A DNA stretch of 64,000 bases from Candidatus Bathyarchaeia archaeon (GCA_049521795.1 JBEKOM010000003.1:128001-192000), one strand, 5' to 3'. Counted from the first letter of the stretch, positions 49,100 through 59,305 are shown. Program-made: numbers and translations. The notes: generated from the sequence alone by a model not told the origin.

Positions 49100-49609
49100 C
49101 TAGTGAAAGAATTTCTTAAGTACAAACTTGAGATTGTAGTTGTAATATTCCTGTTTGCCAATGTAAGTGACATTTGTCGCTCTGTTCTTTATCTGTTCTT
49201 TCTTGAGGCCATACGCTTTGATGCATTTTCCAATATCCTCAAGATCTCTATCATCAAGTCTTCCAATTTTCGTTACGACAATGTCAACTGGGTGGAGAGC
49301 TCTCAATGATATGCGTTCCAGATTGGCTATTTCTGTACTATTGGCTAAATAGTCATCTGGAAGGTTCTGACTGAAGATGCACCCATCCAGAAATATATCA
49401 ATCTTATGACCGTGCGGTACATTTTTCTCGGCCCTCTTGTACTCAGGAAAGTCACTGCTAGGAATTGTGAAGTCGATGTCTATTGTTGATGGTTTTAGAT
49501 CAAGTAGTGTCATTGCTGTTCCACCAACGGCTATGAGAGTGATTTTTCTGCCAAGCTCCTTATTCAACTCTTCTAGAAAGTTGAGTAATTCGCTCTTATC
49601 AAGTGGCAT
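49100..49609 (-). CDS. DUF6036/AbiEii-like nucleotidyltransferase
   Basis: AVGGTAM...STIDIDF...VVTKIGR...DLEDI. Confidence 0.8.
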   Translation of the reverse strand: MPLDKSELLNFLEELNKELGRKITLIAVGGTAMTLLDLKPSTIDIDFTIPSSDFPEYKRAEKNVPHGHKIDIFLDGCIFSQNLPDDYLANSTEIANLERISLRALHPVDIVVTKIGRLDDRDLEDIGKCIKAYGLKKEQIKNRATNVTYIGKQEYYNYNLKFVLKKFFH

Positions 49610-50651
49610 TGTATAATCTCATTTTCTGCAGAATGCTTTGCTCATCGGTCGGTGTTTCTTCCAAATTGAAGATCTTCAGAATATCTAGTGTCTCACCTGT
49701 TTCACTCGACGATTTTATCTTTTGCAGGATTCTCAACAAACCTAAGAGTTTTCCAGTTGTTCCGAATTTCTGACTTAAGAATGCCAACAGGTTGCTTCTA
49801 AAACTGTTTTTTGCCAGAACTATTGGTACAGCTTCCAGTCGCCTCGGATCGTCTAGAAGTAATAGGGCCGTGATTAAGTATTCGATGCAAAATTTCTTGC
49901 CTTGTTCTATCTTGAGCCCAAATTCTTTGTATCCAAATCTGCCAAGATTGTAGACGATATCCAAATCTGAGATGCTAGCTGGTTTTGTTTCTGTCTTAAT
50001 AAATTTGATTTCGGTCTTTTCTGCAACTTCTCTGATTTCACTCCAGAACGCTTGAGGACAGAAAAAGACGGTCTTTCTGAATAGGGCTTCTCTGAGGGGA
50101 TTGATCTCATCCGACCTTATCAGATCAGAAAAATCATCTTCATCTAGGATAAGACTGTCAACTCTCAAGTTATACTTGTTCTGCAGTTTCAACATTTCGC
50201 TGTAAAGCCTAACAGTCTCATTATGATAATCAGATGTTTTCCTTAAGAGAAAGAGCAACTCAACCCTGTTGAGTTTGATGTTTTTTACGAGATTTATGGA
50301 ACTAATCGATTTTATTGCGCACGTTTCATTCAGAGACTTGTCCATTTCTGTTAAGAATATCAGCAAGTCATTTCTATTCTTTAAGAGTTCCATCTTTTTC
50401 TCCATTTCCATCTCCGACAGGAGATCGATCAATAAGTAATTCTGAAAGTTTAGTTTAATAATGGAAGATCTTCCCAGGTTGTCGAGAGTAAGCACATTTT
50501 CTTTCTTTAGTTTCTGCAATTTTTGGTAGATGTTCGCATAATATGCACTGCCATATGTATCTTTGATTCTCTCAGTAAGCTGATTAATCGACAAACTTTC
50601 ACCTAAATTAGATGATACCGTATCTAAGATTCGAAGCGTGGGTGTATCCAT
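49599..50651 (-). CDS. wHTH-containing putative antitoxin/regulator
   Basis: SINQL...YANIYQKLQKL wHTH; overlaps the NTase start. Confidence 0.65.
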   Translation of the reverse strand: MDTPTLRILDTVSSNLGESLSINQLTERIKDTYGSAYYANIYQKLQKLKKENVLTLDNLGRSSIIKLNFQNYLLIDLLSEMEMEKKMELLKNRNDLLIFLTEMDKSLNETCAIKSISSINLVKNIKLNRVELLFLLRKTSDYHNETVRLYSEMLKLQNKYNLRVDSLILDEDDFSDLIRSDEINPLREALFRKTVFFCPQAFWSEIREVAEKTEIKFIKTETKPASISDLDIVYNLGRFGYKEFGLKIEQGKKFCIEYLITALLLLDDPRRLEAVPIVLAKNSFRSNLLAFLSQKFGTTGKLLGLLRILQKIKSSSETGETLDILKIFNLEETPTDEQSILQKMRLYNAT

Positions 50652-51137
50652 TTTGTATTTTTCTCCTAAGTCATCATTATAGCCAATTGACTATATACTA
50701 ACTAACTATAACATTATAGTAAACAAACTATAAAAAGACTACTGCCAACCACTCGACATTCCAACAATTCGAGAATCAGACTTTTCTGAACATTCTCGAC
50801 AAGAAAAAGCAAATTCTCCTTACATCCAACCGAATTGAAAATCGGAAGCGCGCGCGCTGCAAGGAGTTCCCATGTCAATCACATTATGACCAAAAAGACG
50901 GAGTTTACTCCAGACAATCTCTGAATAATTGGAAAGACTTGATGAGTAGAGGCTTTACTCCATTCCAGTAGCATGGCTCAGCCTTTACACATGATATGGT
51001 TGTTGGATAAGCTTTACCACCAAACCCACACAAAAAGGGGAGAAGAGGGGAGGCATCGAACGCGCGTTTTATCCCTGCGTGTCTTCGACAAACATAAGTC
51101 CTAGTTCTTTCTACTGTGGTATCTTGCGTGCGCTTGA

Positions 51138-51479
51138 ATGACTGTTCAGATTGAGGTCTACGTGAGAAAAAAGAGGCAGATAGTCCGGCAGTACGTTACT
51201 CCTCCTGTGTCGGATGGCATCCAACACCATGCTTGCATGTCTAAGCAAGTAACAGAATTCGAGGAAGTCCTTCCTGACGCCGACAACCAAGCGTTGAGAA
51301 TTGTGGATCAACTGGCGACTGAATTCGCGGTGCCCTTCAAGGTCTACAACATTGCAACCTTTGCGGGAAAACTAAAAGCAAAATCAAAAGGCATCACGAA
51401 GACTCCGACCGTAATCCTGAACGGAGAAAAGATAGAGAGCATCAGTGTCGAGGTTCTCAGAAGCAAAATACATATCTAG
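51138..51479 (+). CDS. Hypothetical protein with partial thioredoxin-like fold
   Basis: GITKTPTVILNGEK. Confidence 0.6.
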   Translation: MTVQIEVYVRKKRQIVRQYVTPPVSDGIQHHACMSKQVTEFEEVLPDADNQALRIVDQLATEFAVPFKVYNIATFAGKLKAKSKGITKTPTVILNGEKIESISVEVLRSKIHI

Positions 51480-51671
51480 CATGTGTCAGAACATAGCCAC
51501 AACTTTGAAAGGTCGTTAACGCTAGCTCCCTGTCTGGATCATCAAAACTTCGACAATGCATTCACATTGTCGTTGTGGGCACCAGTTTGGTTGGGTGGAT
51601 AAAACTTTGCCCCACGCACAAAAATTCTGGAAATGTCGAATGCCTCTGCAAGCAAAGTTGCCTCTTTGGCG

Positions 51672-52163
51672 TTATGAGAGAAATTTGCTGTAGATTATCA
51701 TGTCCAATCCTCTTGTGTGTTTTCTCAAGAAGCCTTCGGGCAAGAATCCATTGTTGACGTACAGCCTTATTGCTGGCACGAGGTGTGGTGATGTGTGCAG
51801 CCAGATCTTGTGGGCTTTTCTTTTCCTTCCCTCTTTGATGAACCTGTTCAGAAGTCTTGACCCAACACCTCTGCCTCGGCACTCCTTTGTTACCGCCAGA
51901 AATCCGAGACTGCACACTCCCGCTGCTTCTCGGCCCAAAGCCATACCTACAATCTGACGGTTTTCCACAGCAACTAAAAGAATCTCGCTCTTGTTTTCTA
52001 TTCTCTCCCTGAGCTTCTTGATGTACTCAGGTTCATGCATGCTCTTGATTTCAGGGTCAACGAAAGAAGCAGGCAACCACTCACGAAGACTCTCAAAGGT
52101 TCTAATCAGACAATTGTCCAGGTTTTCGCAATCCTCAACAACAGCAAAACGAACCTTGAACAT
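51672..52163 (-). CDS. GNAT acetyltransferase
   Basis: LAV...RGRGVGSRLL, AIRLY..NGF. Confidence 0.9.
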   Translation of the reverse strand: MFKVRFAVVEDCENLDNCLIRTFESLREWLPASFVDPEIKSMHEPEYIKKLRERIENKSEILLVAVENRQIVGMALGREAAGVCSLGFLAVTKECRGRGVGSRLLNRFIKEGRKRKAHKIWLHTSPHLVPAIRLYVNNGFLPEGFLRKHTRGLDMIIYSKFLS

Positions 52164-52315
52164 TTTTCCTCATCAACATCTTCAGAATCGTTTCGTTGTG
52201 TTTTAAGAATTTTCCTACTGACGTTCACCTTTGAGTTTGGGATAAAACTTTGCCCGTGCGCGTGTGCGCGCTATAACACCTTGCCTTTAAGCTTCGGACG
52301 GAATTTCTAACGCGC

Positions 52316-52497
52316 CTATTTTCTTCTCAGAAGCACCATGTTCAAGCTGTTCGGAGATTTGGCTTTCTCAAGAGGCTTGTCGAGGTACCACGTACTTTCA
52401 TTTCCCTGCCACCATCCCAGAAACTCAAATCTGCCGTTGAGTTCCACCAAGGCCTTGAACTCTTGGGGAAAAATGAACTTCAAATTCTCGCTGCTCT
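52316..52497 (-). pseudogene. 3' fragment of a probable methyltransferase gene
   Basis: NLKFIFPQEFKALVELNGRFEFLGWW...MVLLRRK*; begins at the (GC)n site 52498-52506. Confidence 0.45.
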
Positions 52498-52612
52498 CGC
52501 GCGCGCTCAAGTGTAAAGAAAACATGTAGATCTGTCTGCTCACAGCAAAGTCTTTAATTGTGTATGCGACCAAGAGCGTCGGTCGTTGCCGAACTGGGAG
52601 AGGCGCAAGGGA

Positions 52613-53461
52613 TTGATTAAGCGAGTTAGTATCGTTTTTGCGAATTATTGTCCACACTGTGTACCGTTTTCTCTGCGTAATGCTAACAAAATGTCCGAAG
52701 ACCTTGGGGTTCCGCTTCTTACTCTTGACATAGAGATCCCTGAGCAGCTTGAGGCAGCTGACAGGCTCGTCGAAGAACATGGCGATTGGTCGGAGGATTA
52801 TCTTATCCCTCAAGTCTTTGTTGAACACATGGACGGGAGAGTTAATCACGTATTAACTGGTTTTTCAGAGGCAGTTTCGGTGACAGAAGGTTCTTGGAAA
52901 GCGCTGTTTTCGAGTAGTTACTATCAAAGCCTCGTACATGAACAACCGGCTATCTCGTATCCTCACTCATCATCACATCGTAAGTCGTTGAAGGAGTTTG
53001 TAGAGGCATACCTAACGTTCGATGGACAATGTTACAGGCACTGCGATAGCCCTTCCTCCTTCGTAGATCTGCGATCCGACTCGGATAATGTCATCGGAGC
53101 ATACGTCTGCCCCGGCGGATACGTGTCCAGGGTCGTCTACTTCAGTGTTCACCCAGATATCAAGCAATTCAAAAGCTTTCTTAACTCCCAAGTCGGTAAG
53201 GAAATTGTTACCGATCGCGATATCCGTCCAGCCACTAGGCACGGGTGGGAATTGGAAAGCGATGCCATGGCTGAGATTGGCGAGGTGAGCCCCACCGGTG
53301 TCATAAAGGAGATTTATTGGACAGTCTATGCCAAAACCGAAGACGAAAGAAGACGGGGAGTTTTTGTCTGCTCACATCCTGGGAAAGGAAGGGGATGCAA
53401 CAGACTATTCGTTCAAGACAGGAAGTCAAGAAACAGATTGTGCCCAAAGTGTAAACAGTGA
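52613..53461 (+). CDS. Thioredoxin/glutaredoxin-like CPHC domain plus Cys-rich domains
   Basis: YCPHC, IPQVF, C-terminal C...C...CPKC. Confidence 0.7.
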   Translation: MIKRVSIVFANYCPHCVPFSLRNANKMSEDLGVPLLTLDIEIPEQLEAADRLVEEHGDWSEDYLIPQVFVEHMDGRVNHVLTGFSEAVSVTEGSWKALFSSSYYQSLVHEQPAISYPHSSSHRKSLKEFVEAYLTFDGQCYRHCDSPSSFVDLRSDSDNVIGAYVCPGGYVSRVVYFSVHPDIKQFKSFLNSQVGKEIVTDRDIRPATRHGWELESDAMAEIGEVSPTGVIKEIYWTVYAKTEDERRRGVFVCSHPGKGRGCNRLFVQDRKSRNRLCPKCKQ

Positions 53462-53644
53462 ACCTTAGCGCGCGCTATAAAGGCGTGAATTTCGCGGCAT
53501 CCAGCAACGTGCTGAGCGCGCGCGCACGAACCGCAAGTCTTCCAGCAGAGCGTTAAGGCGCGATTGAGCCCAAACCAAATCGCATGCAATGAAACGAAGA
53601 ACTGATAGGGTAGAAACAAGAAGTGTCAACGTTAGGGAAAGGTC

Positions 53645-55042
53645 ATGAAGATAAAGTTCTTGGGCGCAACGCGTCAAGTGACGGGGTCAAGCTACTTTCT
53701 GGACGCTGGCGGAGTGAAGATCCTTGTCGATTGCGGCCTGTTTCAGGAAAGAGACTATTCCCACAGAAACTGGGAGGCCTTCCCCGTTCCTCCAGACCAG
53801 ATCCAACATCTCCTCCTAACCCACGTTCACCTAGACCACTCGGGGCTTATTCCCAAACTTGTCAAGGATGGGTTTAACGGAGACATCCTGCTCACCCCCG
53901 CATCCAAACTGTTGTTTCCGATAGTCATTCTGGATTCTGCCCGAATGCAAGAAGAAGATGCCGCCTACAAGAAAAGACGCCACGAAAAGGAAGGCCGAAA
54001 GGGACCCTACTCCGAAATCCCTCTGTACACAGTCCAAGATGCCCAGAAGTGCTTTCCCCTCCTGAAGGATGTTCCCTACGAAGAATTTCTCTCCCTGAAC
54101 GACAGAGTCAAAGTTTGCTTCCACGATGCCGGCCACATTCTCGGCTCCGCCATGATCGAGATCACTGTCCAAGAACAGAACGAACCGCGGAACATCATCT
54201 TCTCCGGGGATGTCGGCCAGTGGGACAACCCTCTTCTTGCTAACCCCTCCGTCTTTGACCATGCAGATTACGTGGTCATGGAGTCCACCTACGGAGACCG
54301 CAACCATGACAACCCCCAAGACATCGATGACAAACTCGGCAAGATCGTCAACGACACCATAAAGTCCGGCGGAAACGTCCTCATCCCGACCTTCGTCATC
54401 GAACGCGCCCAAGACCTGCTGTACCACTTCAGCCGCTTAGCGCGTGCCAAAAGAATCCCTTACGTCCCGATCTTCCTCGACAGCCCAATGGCCGTCGAAG
54501 TCACAAAGGTCTTCGAACAATGCAAAAAGTATCTTGACAAAGAGACACTGGACCTCTTCAAAGATGGCCAATTCCCCTTCGACTTTCCAGGATTGAAACT
54601 CGTAGACTCCATTGAGGCATCCAAAGCCATCAACCAGATCAAAGAGTCAGCCATCATAATGGCCGGTTCGGGGATGATCACAGGAGGACGAATCAAACAT
54701 CACCTAGTCAGGGAGATAACTCGCTCAGAATCTACGCTCCTCTTTGTAGGATACCAAGCGGCTGGGACGCTGGGACGGCAAATCCTGGACGGGGACTCTC
54801 CCGTCAGAATCCTCGGACAATCCTACCCAGTTAAGATGAAGATCGAGAAGATCGACGGCTTCTCCGCCCACGCCGGCATGAACGACCTGCAACGCTGGCT
54901 CAGCAACTTCAAATCCCCGCCCAAGCATGTTTTCCTAACACACGGCGAAGAAACATCGATTCTGAGCCTAGAAAACTATCTCCAATCCAAGGGTGGATGG
55001 CAAGTAAGTGCACCAATATACATGGAAGAATACAACCTCTAA
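53645..55042 (+). CDS. MBL-fold beta-CASP ribonuclease
   Basis: VDCGLFQ, THVHLDHSG, AGHILGS, FSGD, MESTYG, FSAHA, HGE. Confidence 0.92.
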   Translation: MKIKFLGATRQVTGSSYFLDAGGVKILVDCGLFQERDYSHRNWEAFPVPPDQIQHLLLTHVHLDHSGLIPKLVKDGFNGDILLTPASKLLFPIVILDSARMQEEDAAYKKRRHEKEGRKGPYSEIPLYTVQDAQKCFPLLKDVPYEEFLSLNDRVKVCFHDAGHILGSAMIEITVQEQNEPRNIIFSGDVGQWDNPLLANPSVFDHADYVVMESTYGDRNHDNPQDIDDKLGKIVNDTIKSGGNVLIPTFVIERAQDLLYHFSRLARAKRIPYVPIFLDSPMAVEVTKVFEQCKKYLDKETLDLFKDGQFPFDFPGLKLVDSIEASKAINQIKESAIIMAGSGMITGGRIKHHLVREITRSESTLLFVGYQAAGTLGRQILDGDSPVRILGQSYPVKMKIEKIDGFSAHAGMNDLQRWLSNFKSPPKHVFLTHGEETSILSLENYLQSKGGWQVSAPIYMEEYNL

Positions 55043-55082
55043 CCTCTCCAAAAGACTGCATCCCCTAGTCTATGCGCGCGCA

Positions 55083-55159
55083 GCTCTGAACCAGTTGGCC
55101 TAGGACAAAGAGAATGCTGGTTGCAGGATGTTTGAAGCAGTGGACTCGAACCCATTTGG
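55083..55159 (+). repeat. 77-bp direct repeat, copy 2, bracketed by (GC)n sites
   Basis: (GC)n at 55074-55081 and 55159-55168. Confidence 0.85.
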
Positions 55160-55226
55160 CGCGCGCGCCTCAAAACCAAAAACTGGCTTAGAAGAACTGA
55201 TAGAAGTGTTTTCTATTCTACATGAC

Positions 55227-55985
55227 TCAGATATCAACTTGTTTTCGGACAAAGTCTACCATTTTCTCTGCCCAACGCTCCAGATACTCTTCTCCTTGAC
55301 CAGCTTTAGCTTTGCGAGGATCACCAAGCACACCATTCTTCGAGACGGCTTTGATGCCTTGACTATACATTAGACCCATCAACTTATCATCGAAACTTCC
55401 CACAAAACCTGTTTCAGCATTCTTCATGTCAACCAGATCTTTGCGTATCGCTAAAACCATTGACGTTTCGGATTCACCTGCATGAGCCCCTGACTCACCA
55501 GCCGTAATTCCATATTTAGATGAAAACTCGGTAAGGAATCCAAGAAGACCTTTCAGATCCGCGTAAGATACGACCTTAGTTCCTTCAAGACTTTGGTTGA
55601 GCTCATCGGTCACCTCTCGCACAGCATTGAAATTTCCGCCATGAGATGGAAGTATAACGATGTTCTTGAATCCCTGCTTTGCCAAACTAGCACAGTAGTC
55701 GCGGATCAAACTTTTCAGCGTTTCCGGTCTAAGACTGATGGCTCCGGGGAACACCATGTGAGCATCGGAGCATCCTACATTTATAGAAGGCGCTTGAAGA
55801 GCCCTACCAAGTTTCAAAGTCACTTTATTGGCCAAAACATCACCTTCCAACGTGTCCGTACAGGTAGGCAGATGAGGCCCATGCTGTTCATTTGAGCCCA
55901 CAGCGAATACAACCGTGCTAAAACCTCTGTCCAGGGCTTTCTGGATATCAAGCCGAGTCATCTCGGACATGCGAACCTTAACCAT
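55227..55985 (-). CDS. Creatininase family amidohydrolase (MftE-like)
   Basis: GSNEQHGPHLP..TD, SHGGN, HAGESETS, NGVLGDP. Confidence 0.9.
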   Translation of the reverse strand: MVKVRMSEMTRLDIQKALDRGFSTVVFAVGSNEQHGPHLPTCTDTLEGDVLANKVTLKLGRALQAPSINVGCSDAHMVFPGAISLRPETLKSLIRDYCASLAKQGFKNIVILPSHGGNFNAVREVTDELNQSLEGTKVVSYADLKGLLGFLTEFSSKYGITAGESGAHAGESETSMVLAIRKDLVDMKNAETGFVGSFDDKLMGLMYSQGIKAVSKNGVLGDPRKAKAGQGEEYLERWAEKMVDFVRKQVDI

Positions 55986-56224
55986 TTGTGTTTCCTCGTC
56001 TTGTTGATCTAACGTGCCATACTCAAGCGACTTAGTGTTCACAATTTTGTTTCGGTTCGGTTATATCTTTTCCGCAAAAGTAAAAAATGGTTGGTTAGAC
56101 CAAAGTCTTATCCCAGTATGAAAATCGAAGGAATTTAGTAGTTCCTTCATTCGATATGGTAATGTGGTTACGATGGTGCAAAAGACACTTCTCGAAGAAG
56201 AGAAAATCGAACGAACTACCCGTC

Positions 56225-56516
56225 GCGCGCGCTTTTTTTTGTTTTTGTTTTTTTGTTTGTGTCAAGGTGTAGAAAGTAAGAGAGATAATTAATAGTAATA
56301 AGAGAAGAAAGGAAGAAGAAGAAAAAGGGTAAAGTTTTATCCAACCAAACCAAGATTCAATGGCTTCAGCATGATTCTGGGAAGACAGGATGAGTCAGGC
56401 GTATACCAGATTCAGGATATACATGGAGCTCTCATGGCATGGAAAAGAAGGCTAGTACCAAAAATCAAGTCATAATAGGGTTAAGATATAGGTATAGTCG
56501 GAATCGAGTATACGCC
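56225..56516 (+). repeat. Non-coding element: (GC)4, low-complexity linker, 17-bp motif, conserved boxes
   Basis: GCGCGCGC at 56225; AGGGTAAAGTTTTATCC at 56326; 19-mer at 56498 shared with 38284. Confidence 0.7.
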
Positions 56517-56620
56517 TGCTCTAAATGATATCACTAAACGAGCGCCCATTGGTTAAAAATGGGACAAAACTCCTATATGTTAGGTATTAGCTTGAACTTC
56601 TTAGGATGTGGTGAGAGAGC

Positions 56621-56848
56621 ATGGAACTCCATTGTCTGAAATGTGGTCATCTACTACCAAAAGATGAGAGCGCAAAATCCTTGTTCCCGTTTGAAGTTTA
56701 CCGCTGTCGGAATTGCGGGGACGGTTTGCTTTTTGATATGGCTACAAAAGAAGCTTTTCTGATTCCTAAAAGTCTAGGACTTTTCGAGATGACACTTGAA
56801 AAAATCAAAAAAGCAATCAACAAAATTCCGTACGATGAAGATTATTAA
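56621..56848 (+). CDS. Small Zn-ribbon protein
   Basis: CLKCG...CRNCG; GGTGAG upstream. Confidence 0.7.
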   Translation: MELHCLKCGHLLPKDESAKSLFPFEVYRCRNCGDGLLFDMATKEAFLIPKSLGLFEMTLEKIKKAINKIPYDEDY

Positions 56849-56956
56849 ATTTCTAGCAAGCCTTTGGCAATTAAATACAAACCAAGGCCCCTTACCAAAT
56901 GCGCGCGCGCAAGTGCTTGAAGCATAGTCCAAACATTTAATCTTTCTACGATCATA

Positions 56957-57093
56957 GCGCGCGCTTGCTGTGCCGATTTAAGATTTCTGTCTGTCTTTTT
57001 TGTCTGTCTGGGAGAGAGAGTAAGTGAGTGGTTGAGTAGTAGAAGGGTTTGGGTTTGGGGTTAAAATTTAATCCAACCAACCAACCAACCAAC
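56957..57093 (+). repeat. (GC)4, low-complexity linker, 17-bp motif, (CCAA)n
   Basis: GGGTTAAAATTTAATCC at 57058. Confidence 0.7.
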
Positions 57094-57096
57094 ATT

Positions 57097-57750
57097 CTAA
57101 ACCTGCAATTCCTCGTCTTCTTTCAGTGCCACAACCCTTGTTTTTGAGTTGGTTTCCACCTTCTCTTTGAAGTCATCAATGTCTTTTCCCTGATTGTGCA
57201 TCGGTATCACGATTTTGGGTTTTATTGCTAGAGAAGCCTCGGCGGCATCGACATTGTCCATAGTGTACGTATCCCCAGTGGGAAGCAACGCAACGTCCAC
57301 CTTTCCAAGTTGCTTCATCTCAGGGACAAAATCCGTATCTCCAGCATGATAGATAGTCTTTCCTTCAGCTGTTATCAGATACCCGACACCGAGACCCTTT
57401 GGGTGCCAAGGATTTCCAGGAGACTTGAAACGCTTAAGGTTGTAGGCTTCAACAGCCGTCACGGCTATGTCTCCGATGATTGCCTGTTCTCCAGGTTTGA
57501 GTTTTCTGACAGCGCCGCCGATTTTCTTGACGCAGGAAAGGAAGAGAGGAAAAGGAGCAATTATCACGGTGTCAACTTTGTGAGCTTTGTTGATTTTCAA
57601 TGTGTCACAATGGTCAAAATGTGCATGCGTAACCAGAATCAAATCTGCTTTCTGATTGTATTCACCTTTGTAGGGGTCTATGTAAATCGTTTTCCCTTTA
57701 GTCTTGATTCGAAAACTAGCATGCCCCAGCCACTTTATAACCACGGTCAT
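57097..57750 (-). CDS. MBL-fold metallohydrolase (UlaG-like)
   Basis: WLGHASF, IDP, THAHFDH, YHAGDT, IPMH. Confidence 0.9.
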   Translation of the reverse strand: MTVVIKWLGHASFRIKTKGKTIYIDPYKGEYNQKADLILVTHAHFDHCDTLKINKAHKVDTVIIAPFPLFLSCVKKIGGAVRKLKPGEQAIIGDIAVTAVEAYNLKRFKSPGNPWHPKGLGVGYLITAEGKTIYHAGDTDFVPEMKQLGKVDVALLPTGDTYTMDNVDAAEASLAIKPKIVIPMHNQGKDIDDFKEKVETNSKTRVVALKEDEELQV

Positions 57751-57807
57751 TCTGACATCGCCTTTCTCGTCCAATCATCGCCGCTTTTCTAATCATTATG
57801 GTGGTTT

Positions 57808-58143
57808 GGATAAAACTTTACCCCAACCAACCAACACGGACGACGGACGACGACGACCACGACGGACGACGGAGACGTGAGACGACGACGAAGGATGGAA
57901 GGAAGGATGGAACAAAAGTGCTTTTCAACGTTAAGAAATGTATGTCTTAAGCTCTTCGTAAGACGTACATTAGCGCGCGCGCGCTAAAAATGTCAATATA
58001 AATAATTTAGCAACAAACTGGCGCGCGCACCGTTTCCGTCTTCCGTCGTGGTTTTCCGTCGTGGTCGTCCGTCGTTCGTGGTCTTTTAGGAAATCCGTCC
58101 GTCGTCCGTGGTTTGGTTGGTTGGTTGGGTTAAAATTTAATCC
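57808..58143. repeat. Two inverted copies of the 17-bp motif/(CCAA)n/(GACG)n element around a (GC)6 core
   Basis: Motifs at 57808-57824 (-) and 58127-58143 (+); (GC)n at 57973 and 58021. Confidence 0.75.
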
Positions 58144-58249
58144 CGACACATACCTAGCATTTTCGGGCTTCTGCTCAATTACTCGCTAACAATTACTGAT
58201 CGTACATACAAAAAATAATATAAATGCTATTTCAACTATTTTGTAAATT

Positions 58250-59197
58250 ATGAAAATAGCTGTCGTCGGGATTGGAGGTGAAGGCGGCTTCTTCGGAGCG
58301 GTTCTCGCAAATGCTGGAAACGATGTGACCCTAATCGCTAGGGGGCAAACCCTGGATGCCCTGAGGACTAATGGCCTATTCGTCAAATCCAACTCACTCG
58401 GAGACATCAAACTATCTGTGAAAGCAACTGATAGGCCCGCCGAAGTTGACCCCGTTGACCTAATCATGTTCTGCGTGAAGACCTACGACCTTGACTCCGC
58501 CGCGCAGCAGATGTCACCACTTATCAGTGAAGGAACCGTCATAATCCCAGTTCAGAACGGAGTAGAGGCCGCTGACCGCATAGGGAATATAGTCGGATTA
58601 GAGCATGTCCTCGGAGGAGTCTCCTGGGTGAACGCCAGAGTTGAGAAACCAGGCGTGATCATACACGGAGGTTCGACGAGGCTAATATTCGGGGAACTCG
58701 CAGGAGGTGTGACGAGGCGCACAGAAGAGATCTCTAAGGTTCTCAAAGAAGCCAATATCGCCGCCGAACTTCACCCAGATATCCGCCACGCGTTGTGGGA
58801 GAAGCTTGTCTCCAACTCAGCATTCAACGGGGTCTTTTCATTGATTAGGCTCCCAGCAGGGCCTGTCCGAGATTGCCCTGATTCTATGCAGTTGCTACGC
58901 GACACGATGAAGGAGAACGTCATGGTGGCAAAGGCGTGTGGAGTCGCAATACCTGAAAGATTTGTCGATGATAGTATGAAGATGTTAGAGGGGTACGCGA
59001 GTTGGGCTAGGCCGTCTATGCAGGTCGACCTCATGGCGGGTCATCGGCTGGAACTTGACGCTATGATCGGCACCATTGTTCGATTGGGTCGAGAGAAGGG
59101 GGTGGAGACCCCTATCAATTCCACAATTTACAGGGCGCTCCTACCTCATTTAAACGGGGCACCCCCAAATCCGACTCCTCCTGAAGATCGAATGTAA
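58250..59197 (+). CDS. panE: 2-dehydropantoate 2-reductase family protein
   Basis: GIGGEGG, CVKTYD, QNG, WEKL..N, SMQVD...LELD. Confidence 0.88.
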   Translation: MKIAVVGIGGEGGFFGAVLANAGNDVTLIARGQTLDALRTNGLFVKSNSLGDIKLSVKATDRPAEVDPVDLIMFCVKTYDLDSAAQQMSPLISEGTVIIPVQNGVEAADRIGNIVGLEHVLGGVSWVNARVEKPGVIIHGGSTRLIFGELAGGVTRRTEEISKVLKEANIAAELHPDIRHALWEKLVSNSAFNGVFSLIRLPAGPVRDCPDSMQLLRDTMKENVMVAKACGVAIPERFVDDSMKMLEGYASWARPSMQVDLMAGHRLELDAMIGTIVRLGREKGVETPINSTIYRALLPHLNGAPPNPTPPEDRM

Positions 59198-59305
59198 CGC
59201 CGATTTATGCGGTCTGTATGTACGTAGCGCGCGCTATTACCAGACTTGACATAAAGAGTCGCAGTTATTTGGAATTAAAAAAAGAAGAAGGTTTTGGGTT
59301 TGAGG

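Noticed and set aside
48746-55159. DGR template/variable repeat pair
   Set aside because: Differences include non-adenine positions, neither copy lies in a gene 3' end, and no reverse transcriptase is present
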